From Trichoplax adhaerens (taxonomy: Eukaryota; Animalia; Placozoa), in contig NW_002060980.1 in assembly GCF_000150275.1 (NCBI RefSeq), positions 130,467 through 194,466 of the forward strand: a stretch of DNA of 64,000 nucleotides. Reading direction: 5' to 3'. A model generated the notes under the pieces. That model saw only the letters and a program-made list of their open reading frames with translations, did not search any database and was not told the DNA's origin. Below, piece by piece: positions 41,221-54,069 of this stretch; position 1 is the first letter of the stretch; the number at the start of each line of letters is the position of its first letter. The position numbers were made by a program, and so were the translations under genes.

Positions 41221-44091
41221 CTTAAGTTCAGTTATTAATAATACTACTGAAGGTAAGACATTGTGTCTAGCTAGCTTCGTTATATGAACACCTTCATTAA
41301 AATAGCAATTTCAATAAAATTGTATTTAAATGTGTGTATGAGCGAGTACCAATCGAAGGAATAGAGCAACATTTAGACTGTCGTATAGCCTAGATTCGCA
41401 AAGACTATGTAGATCGTACAAATATTCGCTGTCACCATGGCGTAAGAGTTTATGAATAAAGTGATCAACGTAAGAAAATCTGAACAGAAAAAATTAATAG
41501 TCCTTGATTGTTAAATTGATGATAGTTAGGGTGGCAAATGCTTGAGTTTATATGCAATCCCTATAAATGCGGTCTTTAACATAAACTTTATTCTACCCTA
41601 TCACAATTCGTGTTCTATTTGCAGTTCAGTGCGGATACTTAACAAATTATTAACATGATAGCATAGCTGCATTAAAAAAGAGTTTCATTATTTGTCTTGA
41701 ATTAGTTGCTACAAGTTTAAGGGTTATCGTACGAAAATTATAGATTCTGTCCTATTAAAAACTTAGCATTAGGAGTATATGGTAGCATAAGAGTAACAAG
41801 TACGAAGCCCTATTATACCGTTCTTCTTATAACGATAGTAGATTGATTATACTAAACTTGCTATCGTATCTAAGAAAAAAATCGAGTTAGATTGAATCCA
41901 TCACCTGTCGATATCGATAATGGTATATAATCTGTAGTATAGTTGAGAATACTGTAGATGCATGGGTTAATGAGATTCTGTTAATAGACTGTTACTTGTA
42001 TCTAGATGAATTGTGTTAATAGTTCAGTTCAAAATTGGTCATTTCTAGCAAATATTAAAGACAGTAGAAAGAATAATATGAAGAATACAACGGTGTATAT
42101 AGTAAAAGTTGATGATAATGGCAATGAAGTAAAATATAATCCTGCAATTTGAAGCTTTGAAGACAGTCATAATTACCTTTCTCTGATGTCATACATGTTG
42201 AAATATGCAGCCATATCTAAGCCACATATTGCTACAATCTACCAATTGCAATATCTACTCATATAGTAGTAAGACCATGGTTAAGTCTTCAGATAGACTT
42301 AATGCAGCAATACGGAACTGAACTGCTACATGGTTTATAAATTTTATTGCAATTTATAAAGAGACGTATACTATAATACAGCAAAAAAATATGTTTAAAA
42401 GTAGTTCTGACATTATGAGCTTCAATCATTGGGTACAACAGTGGAGTATTGACAAATTATGGTAAAGTAAGTACCGACATTATCCTATTCTTGTATTCTA
42501 TGTAGTAAACTCTCATAAATATAGTCTAGTTGTTAAACTGATGACTTACTGTTGCTGATGAAAGCTAATATGGTTAATACTATGTAGATATAAAAGCATT
42601 ATATATTACGCTTAGATAGTATACGATAAACCTTACGATAAGCTATACATTCTTACATAATAATCTATTCTTTAGCTATTTATATTAGTAAGTAGGACTA
42701 ATGGTTCAGCATCCGTGCTTACAATTATACAAATGTAGTCAACTTGCATTAGTGTAAACCTGTGTCAATAAGTATGAGACTGGTCCTGAAAATTAGAATT
42801 ATCGTTTTAGCTATAGCTAATTCGGTACGTTAAATAGCAACATAGAAACTACTGAAATCTTTAGCTGATTATTCATGAATCGAAAATTTTTGACCTTTCT
42901 TTATATTTTTAGTATTATAGAAAAGTAGAAATAATACATAGTAATTGATCCTCGACGAACATTACTGTATTTACTTGAATCAATTAACGGTATTAGGTAA
43001 ATTGGATATACTACCTTAATGTATAATTAGTACATACAATTAAATTGATCACTTTATGAATAATTTACTTACATACTAGTTCCTTCAGCCGTGTAATTAA
43101 TATCCGGCAATTTCTTTATACCTATTCAATATAAAAAAATGAGTGATGATAGTATTGCATGGGCTATTTAAATGGTAGCCTTTATTGAGATCAATGCTGT
43201 ACTAAATGGTATTTAAAACACGGTACAGTATTACTCTAAGGGTTGATTATAAATTTCGAATATTAAATCTGGAAATAGATACACATCATGGATTAGATCG
43301 TGACAAAATTTGTAAAGGGAGTAGATTTTATGATATCCTTTATCTTCTCGTAAACTCATCAGAGGAATTTAGTAACGAAGAAGCTCTTTAGGTTGAAAGA
43401 AAGGAGTAGTCGGGATAGTATAGGGAAACATTTACTTTAGCGATCGGAAGATTAATAGTACACACAAATAATACTTTGCACTCTATCATTATACGTTAGA
43501 GTAAAAGTGGAAAACTATTGTCGTTAATTAAGTTTATCAAGTGGTCAAGATTCGTAGCAGCTGTATACATAGATTACAATGCATGAGATTGAGAGGATAA
43601 TTTAACACCCTGAAGCATATAATTTTACTACAACAGTTTCAAGACAGATACAGTATAGCCGCAATGGTGTTCCACTCATCACAAATACTTCCAATTAACG
43701 TTCGACAGCTTCCAATTTAATATAGCTCAATCTAATACACAGATGTAATTAAGAAGCATTCTATTTTTAAATGCTGTGCAACGGTTCCTATGCATTTTTT
43801 TGTTTTGAAAGCCAAGGGCATAAATTATTAGATTTAGTCTATTTTTAGCAAAGAATATATTGTATTCAACTCTATAAAGAACAGAATTACTAATGCATTC
43901 ATTCTTTATGTGCCAGGTTTAATAATTAATTTTCGTAGCAATATAGGTGGTATTGATATGGATGTTGCATAATTTCTGGACGGATTGGTTACGGTACAAT
44001 TTAATGTGTGTACATATATTAAGTTAAATCGTTATTCTTCAAAAGCTTTCTTAGCTATTTAACTACATTAGAAGCGATTTAATTAGCTAAA

Positions 44092-46690
44092 ATGGTAAGA
44101 GCGTTTAAACTTTTTCCCGATTTCGTTCTTATATTAACTTTACTTATTAGGCAAAATCAATGTGCTCACATCGATTATGATCGAATGATTTACGCCATCG
44201 AAGGTCTGGCTGACTATTACAGCGCAATCAAGCAAGAGATAATCATTGATAGTACCTTGTCATTTCATTTTACTAAAGGTAAGATCCTAGTAATATACAA
44301 AAGGCGAATCCGAGAGATAATTTAAGTTCAAACTCTGAACTGGCTAAATTTTCACAAGATCACGACAGTTAATGATAGAGAAAATATGTATAAAAATGAT
44401 TCGATTAACGTTGGTAGAATTGTGTTTGCTGTTAGAATGTTCCTGTATTCTGTTATTTTATTGTCGAATACAGATTAGGTTACCATTTTTAGATTAACTG
44501 ACTTCAATTTACCTCGTAGAATGCAAAATGTCCTTTGACAAGTCTTTTATTAGTCTAAATAAAATTCCCTTACTGAATTATTATTAGCTTGCTTGCCTCC
44601 TAAATCTTTTTGTAGATAGCGACTATACGTTATGAAATAGATAAACTATTGTAATATAAGATAGAAATATAGGTATTATGTTAGTGAATGTCACATAGGA
44701 TGTTGCTTTAATTTATACTATAAAATTGTCATCAAATTTGCTAGGGTACTTAAGAACCATTTTAGAAGATGCATCTAGAAATGAATCGTTATTAAGTCAT
44801 AATCAATTGGATCGTGTGACAAAATTATACGATAGGTTTAGAGGATTGATAGAAGATACTGCACCCACTATCAGCCAAAAACACTACCAGTATAAATTTC
44901 TGATACCGCTTTACGTTAGAAATTTTAAAGTCCCACGAAAATTACGAAAGCTTAATCACACCTATGTACAGCAAAGCCAAGAACATTCAGTGTCTCGTCA
45001 TTATTCCAATCAATGCTTATGGGAGATAGTTGGATCCTGGCCATATTATAGACGACCATGTAATTTATCAGGTGATTCTTGACCGTACTAATCTTAAATT
45101 GGTTACGAAAGTCTGTAAGCTTATGAAAGCAATTTACCATTATCTAAAAAGGATTGGACTATGTTAAAAATGCAATATAATGTTCCCAATCAATAGCATG
45201 CAACATGCCCATACTTGTGCTATGTTCTCGATTTATTTATTTTTATGTGTTGCATCATGGTTACATACGTATACTGTACGTATAGTTGTATACTGTATCT
45301 GGTTCTTATAGACGTATAGTTCATATAAATTATGACAACTAAGTAATAGTTCTATTTGATTCTTTGATTTGTTCCAGATATTTGCGTCAAGTTTATTTCT
45401 CAGTTACACAGCAACAATTATATAATTACACATCAAGTATTGGCATTATCATTTGGTCGCCAATTCCACTGTCAACATCAGATTGCCCCCTTATCTTCAG
45501 CTTTTGGCAGTGTTGGTAATCTAGAGGCTATTCTATGCTCAAGAGTACATAAAGAAATGTACAGCTCTCTGTATAAAGGCCTAACTAATTTAAAATTACA
45601 AGATTTATTCACTGAACAGGTCGATGTATGTGGCTCTTTAGAATTTTTCGAAGATTTTATTAATGAAACATACGTTGACATGGTGTTAGAGTGGCAAACA
45701 ACTCAAGGCTGCTATATGCAATATAATGGAACTTACACATCCATATTTCCTAATGAGAGGTACTATTATCTTTTTGTATTGCTAAATTTATTTTGAATTA
45801 TAAATGGTAACTGCTACTGGTATATAATTAAGACGAAAATCTCCATCAACTTTAAAGTAGAGAAGTAAGGTATCCTATTTCGTAATAGTCCAGTCTTTCG
45901 AAGAATTGATATTGACAACAAATGCCGTTCTATCAGCATAATTATCTACGGTTGGCGACTAGTTTACTGTTCTATTAATATGGCAGATATTTTATTTTAT
46001 ATTACTTACATTTGAACATTATATATTGAGAGAGCACAGTGCCATCGATGTGGTTATGTTAACAGTAGCTTAATCATTTAATGATAAAAAGTTAGAAAAG
46101 TGGTAACATAATGAATTGATATAGTTACTTGATCTTCTTTACATGATTTAACTGAATCCTAGTAACGGCACCAAGTTAGCGCCATACTATTCACGAAGCA
46201 AACGAAGCGATAGCACTGGAACAGGTATTTGAAAGTAAAGTACTTGCGTCATTTAAAGTTTAAATGGATTTTAGCTAATGTGATATTATTACTTACAGTT
46301 ACTCAGAAATATCGTCATCCGTTACATCATAATTCTTCACTTAGAATAGTAAAATTTATAAGCTTTCCGCAATAGAAATTAATTGAATGCCTAACTTTCT
46401 ATTACAAAAGGTATATTATTGACTCGAATTTCGATTGTTTTATTTAAGATGGTTGTCATCAGCATATCTCCTCTACAGCTACTGTGTTGATTGTTGCTCA
46501 TTTGCGTTGGTTAACTTTAAAGGGTGAACATAGTCAAGCAAGTGGAGCCAGTGGAAAATTAGTACCAAATTACATTCTGGCAGTGGTATTAATAATAATT
46601 ATGGCTTCTGGTGTAGGAAGTGTCATCTTTTTATATATCAAACGAACAATTAAGAGGAGGCACTATCATCTGGTTAAGCAACAAGAATGA
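44092..46690 (+). CDS. C16orf89/UPF0764-like type I membrane protein, copy 5 (~399 aa, most divergent)
   Basis: Exons 44092-44278, 44745-45071, 45378-45759, 46163-46224, 46449-46690 (1200 nt); RSKR site in exon 4, DGCHQH, TM helix, YHLV tail. Confidence 0.9.
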
Positions 46691-47631
46691 AATTACTTTT
46701 AACGTATAGGAAGGAATAAACGGCAATACATGAATAATAAATTACTGCATGACACTATGCTGCTTGAAGTTACTGAATAAGCAAAAGGGTAGTTAATGCG
46801 ACGGTCATACATGTCGTTCCATGTCGAAGATAATTATTATTTTGCTGCCAATTGATAGAACAAGTATATTGTTAATCATTGTAATGTAATCATTTCACTG
46901 ACACAACGTGTACCATACAGTATAATGTATATTGTCCAACAAGGAAAATTCAAAACAGGATTAGCGATTTTAGTTATCAGGTTTCATTTAGAAGATAAAG
47001 CACTACAGTAAATGGGTATTTACTTACTTGGAACGCTATGTACGTCGGGTGAGACGATAGTATCTTAGCCTATAGAATATCCATACGCGCAATATGCGAT
47101 TCTGCGATGACATTGTAAGATAATTTACTAGTCTGGTTCGGATGCTGTATTGGAAGTGTTTTTAATAGGCTCGTATAATAAGACGACAAATAAATTCCCA
47201 TTATGAATTAATTATGAATTAGGATATGATTTTTAATCGTCATTTCCCTGCCATGGTATGGCTCAATTACAGTGCACGTGTACTGAAACGCTATCTGTCC
47301 AGTACTTCCGCATTGGAAAGATTTACAAGTAGGAAACTCTGCCTTAATATATAAACTTGACTTCACTGTGCAGATAGGCAACATTTTTAACCCTGTGTCT
47401 AGTGTAACAATGTCATGAATCGGCTCTGATACTTAATTTCATAAGTTCTACATCTATAATTTGGAAACGTCATAATGCAATTAATGGAATTATTGAAATT
47501 GTTAACTAATTTGGAAGCAGTTGAATGCCAGTAAGTCAATGAAATAGACAAGTTTAAGCAGTTTTGTAACGACCTGTATTAGTATGATAGACACAACACC
47601 TACATATGAGGATATTACATGAAATAAAGTA

Positions 47632-47769
47632 CAGTTGTCAGAATAGTTTCTTGTGAACGAAATACCAAAAAATGCGTTCGAAAAAGATTCGCGATTAGAT
47701 AAGTTATCGATGGATGCGAGACTTGCAAGTATTAATGTAGGTAGACGCATTGATATCAAAAATGTGTAA
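47632..47769 (+). pseudogene. Possible leucine-rich-repeat relic
   Basis: Frame reads VQLSE*FLVNEIPKNAFEKDSRLDKLSMDARLASI, resembling one extracellular LRR, with in-frame stops. Confidence 0.25.
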
Positions 47770-49427
47770 TTAGGAAAAATATCTCCCTCAGATCGTGTTA
47801 ATGTCTTGGCAACATAGGATTGTATTTAAAATTGGCACTTTATCACAGTAAAGTCATGAAGAATTTCCTCTAAGAAGTCCCTGATTTATTGTCTATTCAT
47901 GAGGCAGCCTTTGATGAAGTGAGTTGTAGCAAGTTAGTGATAGTTGTCCTTTTTTTTCTCTAGCGCACGTGCACCATTCTATCCGTAGTAAATATTTGAA
48001 TTTGTATTTTTGTACCTTGCTTACTCAGAATAATAAAGTACAATTCATGATTTATATATAACTTGTATCGCATTTTGGGATAAAATGAATATGGTACAGA
48101 GAGTCATACTGAATAGTACTTGTATATTGCAGGTGAGGTTAATATTTTTACGTATCGTGTTTCACATTTTTCCGTGATATTGTTCTATCCGATTTTGCAC
48201 AAAGCATTACTTTACCGAAGATTGAATTTGTAAATCAGATATTTCGGTGCAGTATATCAATTTATTGCGCTGTTTGGCTACTTAGGCTAGCCAAGATGAT
48301 GGACGCCTAAATACACTATATGTAATTATATAATTTAATTACTCATGCAATTTGACGGTATTGCTTGGACTGTGAAATTCTATTCTTCCATGACTGAGGT
48401 AATATACACTCACTTCGATTATATTATAACTATGTTTTCATACATAGTCATAAGAAGAGTTTTATTGCCAATCAATATACCAGTCCTTTGTGGAAATGAG
48501 CCATTTTTTTATTGCAAAGAAGTACCTTGAAACAAGAGGTGATTTCTAAACAAATACCACGGGAAAAATTACAAGCTGCGGGAAAATCCACGCGTGTGCC
48601 CAAGTGAGCACACACTATGGGTTTTGATTGGGACACAATTGGTTGTTAACTGTCATTAGGGCTGTCAGAGTTTGGGCTTTCGATTTTAATCTCTTGCGTG
48701 CTTTTCAATAAATGGAATACCCCCAACAACCAGCAATGACTTTTTTTTTTATCTCCAGCGTCTGTACCGTACACAGTCGATAAGATATTCATCGATCCAT
48801 AAAGGCGAAGGTACGATAAGGTAGACTACCAATGACTGCAGTATCCGTGAGAAGGGTAATTGACTGAGGACTAGAAGATGCAATTTTTACCAATGGTAAC
48901 TCATGATCGTATTTGAAATGGTCCTAATTCAGTAAGCATTTCCAGCGATGACAGAATTGATAGAAGCCATCTTTCAGTCCTTGCTCAAGTTGAGCACTAG
49001 CAAATTTGTATACTACTCCTAGCAAAGAAAGCAAAATGATTTCATTGCTGTGTGCTTTCGTATGCTAGTTGAAGAGTATTTTGTAATGTTGTTATCGTCC
49101 CAATGCTGTCCGGTCAGTACGATAGCCTCGGTCATGCATAGTAAGCAATCAGTCGTAATAGCCTATCGTAGGTCAAGATCCGACGACGCTTTCAAGGTAC
49201 AATACAGGCGATAATGTTTATCGTTGAAGATTGCGTTATTCTATCGACACCCACTTACTGATACCAACTGATACAGGTGAAAATCTCTATCCCAGGTACG
49301 CCCATGACAGTCCCCAATCATGCGTACAACGTCAGATACCGTCGCTATCTGACGTTTTTGTTGATCTACTGGACTGCCTTGAAAGATAGCGTCAATTGCG
49401 TCTAGCCTGAGGTGAATAAACTGACGG

Positions 49428-49435
49428 TATAAATA
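49428..49435 (+). promoter_or_regulatory. Candidate TATA box of the DMRT gene
   Basis: TATAAATA ~100 nt upstream of ATG 49533 in a relatively CpG-rich context. Confidence 0.45.
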
Positions 49436-49532
49436 CGAGCGTGATTGAAGGTGAAGGGATCCATGCTTCAAGTGCGCTATTGGTTACGCGTCGTGATTGC
49501 TCGAATTGCAAAGTGGGAAGCTTGCGTTGGGA

Positions 49533-51516
49533 ATGGCGGATAATTATCGTAAAGTTCATAGCATTAAGCCACAACAGAAACGTAAAACACCCATGTGTGC
49601 AAGATGTAGACGACATGGAATCGAGATTCCAGTTAAAGATCATAAACCCACTTGTCCTTACAATGAATGTGATTGTGATAAGTGCAAAGAATATTTTAAA
49701 AAAAAGCGCAACTCTGACTCGTACAACTCCAATGAATTCGCTTCACACGGTAGGTCTTGATAAAACGATACAAACTATACCTTTCTTCGGAAAATGCCTT
49801 TTAATAAAATAAAAATGCAAGGTTGTTGCCTAAAGGAAATATGGTCATGATGCATGTCTTATTACAAGCTATACTTTACTGAATGCTTTGTGATACAGGT
49901 AGTGACAGTACTCTTTCAAGCTGTAGCATTTCACAAAATTAAATTGCACTTTGACTTACTTGATAGTACATTGAATTCGAACCTCCTAATTATCCTCTAT
50001 TTTTGTCAATTAACTGCTGTAAATGGCTGAAATGAACTGCATAGAGGATTGTTCAGGGTTTTTTTAGTATTATATGCTATTCTACGCTTCAAAGTAGTAG
50101 GGGACGGTATCTTGGGAGAGTCATTTCATCGAATAGATTTTATTTCAGATACTGTACGTATTTGTATTTTTCACTGTATTGTGCTATACGCGTAAATTGA
50201 AATACCACGTCGTAATACGTATATACTCATTTTGTATACAGTATATGTATACAAAATTTGTACTGTTGGTATTCTGCCGGCTAAATTTCGTAGAAATTTT
50301 CGTCATATATTGTCATACATCAACAGCAGATAAACAATTAAGACGTCCCGAGCTAATCTATTATCCATAGGATTGTTGGAATTGACAATTTGGCAATACT
50401 GTACATAGGTGCTATTGTGAAATGTTCTACTAGTACTACGCGAATTAGCCTGTGATTTTTGGAAATTTACTAGTATATCTCGTCAGGTATTCAGCGGTCT
50501 GTCTAGAGAATTTCAAAACACTGATGGGAGAAATTTACTACTGTAACATCAAAGAATAGGCAAATCAATTTATGGACCTACTATTAGCTAGTAAAACATG
50601 GTAGACATTCTAGCAATTAAGTCTATCGTAATGCCCAAGTCCAACACGGTAATGCATTGTATAGGTGAAAGCTCGCTTGGCTTATTAGTTATAGCTTCCA
50701 ATTTGCTAGCCAATCATACCGAAATGCTAATATAGAAAAATATTAGCGCCTATGATTGATATTATTCTGAAATGATCTTTGTTATTGCTTAGCCAAGTGA
50801 ATAATAATGAGCTCTAATGAAGATCGACAATAAAGAAATTTTACGAGATACTGTCATTTTAAGCTGTTCGCGAATTGTCAGTAGTTGAGTTCCTTTTCGG
50901 TAATTTTTGTGACGTTATCACTATTTCTTTACAGTATACTGAAATATGAACAAAACATATTGAAAAATTGTTTACAAATTTTAAGAAAGCGCAAGTAAAC
51001 TAAATATCAACTACAGTAATGGCGATGACAACTATTTTCATTGTCGTTCTTATGCTACATTTATTTCAAAGTGTCTTGGAAAATAAATAAGGAACTTTGC
51101 TTATCTAATGTTCAAAGTTGGGAGCGCTTAGTTATACATCTCTAAAATGTTTATGCGACTATATTCAGTTGGTAACTTGCGAATCTAGTACGTTTATAAA
51201 ATAAATATTTACCTTTATATTCATAGAGGATGGAAATTTCCCAAAAGATGACGCTTGTTATTATTGGTGCGAATGGTTAGGAAAAATTTTTCCCGAAGTT
51301 CCACCAGAACGAAGAGAAGAAATCCTAATCCGATCTGGCATGGACGTAATGAAGAGTATATTGCATTTAAAAGTGAATTATTATAGGTTCCAACACCCAT
51401 ACAGTCAACAGCTAGCGAATCTTCCTAGTTTAATGATGAAGCACCCATATTGCAGTAACATCTGCAATTCGTTCCTTCGATCACCTCCATTTTTAGAAGC
51501 AAATGGTTCCAGCTAA
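49533..51516 (+). CDS. DMRT: Divergent doublesex/mab-3 related (DMRT) transcription factor: DM zinc module plus DMA/CUE-like domain
   Basis: Exon 49533-49749 KTPMCARCRRHGIEIPVKDHKPTCPYNECDCDKC has all 8 Zn ligands; phase-compatible exon from 51227 encodes WLGKIFPEVPPERREEILIRSGMDVMKSILHL (DMA-like, missed by the ORF track); stop 51514-51516, alternative end 51613. Confidence 0.8.
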
Positions 51517-54069
51517 TCAAGCAACGACGAGTCCTTCGGTAGCCTCTCAAACGGACGCTGTTGCAGCGCTTATGTCTTTAACTAGAGTCAATATGAAAAA
51601 TTTGGGTAGATAAAAACTAATTGCTTTAAATAATTTATCAGTGTTATACAGTGCGCAAATGTATAGTACTGTGGCTAAATACATTGATTGTTAGCAATTG
51701 AAAAGTAATTTTGTATGCATAATTTCCATTCAATCTCATCAACATGTTCTATGCATTGAAACCATTGCTTTATCAACTACTGTGTACTATGGGGTTCAGA
51801 TACAAGTGCAGTATAATGCACAGTTAAGTTAGTTTTGCTAGTGGAAGAGCTGTATTTTCTTCGATACAGCGGATGATTTTTGCGGGAATAATTTTGAGAA
51901 TCAGTTCTAGTAGGACGATAACACTTAATGACTGTACAATATGAAGTTTGTTCTGCAATTTATTATGGTGATGGAATTTTGCTAGTTTTTTTTGATTGTC
52001 AACTGTATTTGGTTATTATTTACTGAAGATGCAGTTATAATCTTTTAATGCCGCAGTTGGTTTGTTTTATTAAATATGCGATTAATTGCAACGATTGCAA
52101 CATTTTGCCCCTAAAGTATGGACGTAGCAGTAGGATGCTTCAGATGGAAGTATTACTCGTCATCAGGATTGTTATCCTCTTCAGTGCTGTAATTGTATTT
52201 TAATAAGCTTTCTTGCTATTGACATAGACATATACTAAATGTTGTTGTTCAAGCCAGGCACATGTCGTGATCGCTTCGAGTCTGGATACTTACCGCTAAA
52301 CACTGGCAATAGTTATCGTAATATGTTCAAGTTATTTTTTCTTCGTAAAACTAAAGACTACTTTCATTTCTAATTCATTATTATACATCACATAACAACA
52401 TAGAGTACCTGTTTTTCAATTGAAATCAAAATAATGATAATAAAAAGCATGTTATTTTTTCATGCAAGCCTTCAAATGCAATGTATTCGCGGCTCTTCTT
52501 CAATCAGCACATTGGTACAGGGATCTTGATGATAAAAAGAGAAAACTGATAACAGTCCGATACCACTGCAATATAACAATGCCAATTATTTATTACACGG
52601 GCATAAGTAGTTTATCTCTTGCAAATGCACTTTACTTCCGGTTTATAAAATCAGGGCTATATTGTACTACTTTAAAAAGAGAGAGATTATTCCAGATGTC
52701 AAGCACTGGTACAGCCGAGTAAGTAGTAGGATAGAAGCATTTCAAGAGCTATTTATCGGACTTACCAAAAGTAAACTGTTTAGTGCAGTGGGACAGTCAA
52801 ATTGATATGCCGCTGATCGACATGCTGTAGGATAAACTGCGATAAAACGACAATGTATCTTGGTGGCAATCCTTTCCTTCGCTGATATCATTCTACACAG
52901 GCATGTTTCTTTTCACCTAATTCAAACAACCACTATCACGGTCAGTCATTGTATCGGTCTACCTATTTAGGCGTTAGATTTTATTGCAATTTGTTAGACT
53001 GCTTGATGGCTATGGCCATCGTTCTAGGCGACATAAAAAGATATTGCCATCGGACTATTCAAATCAATTCCAGATGTCCATAGCTAGACTACACTTATAT
53101 TAACTAAAGTTTGTACTGCATAGGCCTCATGCTATATACGATACAATGGAGTACTCTATGTCAATACGAGTAGTCTGCTATTCTGCTGGTCAATATGGAA
53201 TTAGAATTCATCGATAGTCGCTCGTCACTGTACGATATTAGCATGGCAGACAGTATCGCCCTACCGAGCAATAAAATCCCTAAACTGTCACAAGCAATTT
53301 CTTGAAATACCTCCAGAATTTAGTGCCAATTTTGATTGATTTATACCGTTTCCACCTATTACAAATCAACTGATTTGTTTATACTATCAAAATTAGATTA
53401 AATTAGCATCAAAGACATGAAAATAAGATCAAGATCGGATTGCTAAGGATAGAAATTTATCTGCTATCGCATACCGATAAATTATTTCTAGCGCATATTT
53501 CGTTATCATGCTATCGTCTTGGCTGTGAAAACGAGAAACTTTGATACGATATAAAACTATTCTAAACTACAGTACTGGACCCATAGTGGATGAATCTGGC
53601 CAATTTTGCCGCCCTTCTTCCTGCTGCTGAAATCTCTCTAGTCTATATCGCTAGAAATGCGACGTTCGCCATTTCTTATCACACGCAACAAGAGTGTGGG
53701 ACGCCCAGTATTGCCACTATACGGTTATCAATGAAGATAGGCTGTGATCGAACCAAGTAGGACGCTGCTCAAGGCTAACATGCAATTTGTCCGCGTGGAA
53801 AATTGAGAAATTTTTCTATCTTGAGTTAAGTTATTTACTTACATTTAGGTGCAGTTCGTGGTAGCAAATAAATAGAGTTATACCAATGTATTTACTCCCA
53901 ATAAGGCGATATAATTATACAGTCATCATCAAAGTTGATGAATATCATTCAAATTTATCAAGCAAATTCAATCATCGACGATAAGTTTAATTTAGTTTTC
54001 AGCTTTTGCAAACCATAATCCTACAATTCGTAGTAATTCTGAATTTGAATAAATTGTATGGGTAAATGA

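Noticed and set aside
43206-43391. Short ORF with a brief nucleotide match to copy 5 exon 2
   Set aside because: Match is under 20 nt with no protein-level continuation
49241-49812. ORFs overlapping the DM exon (49441-49812 +, two on -)
   Set aside because: Alternative frames of the DMRT exon and promoter with no recognisable features
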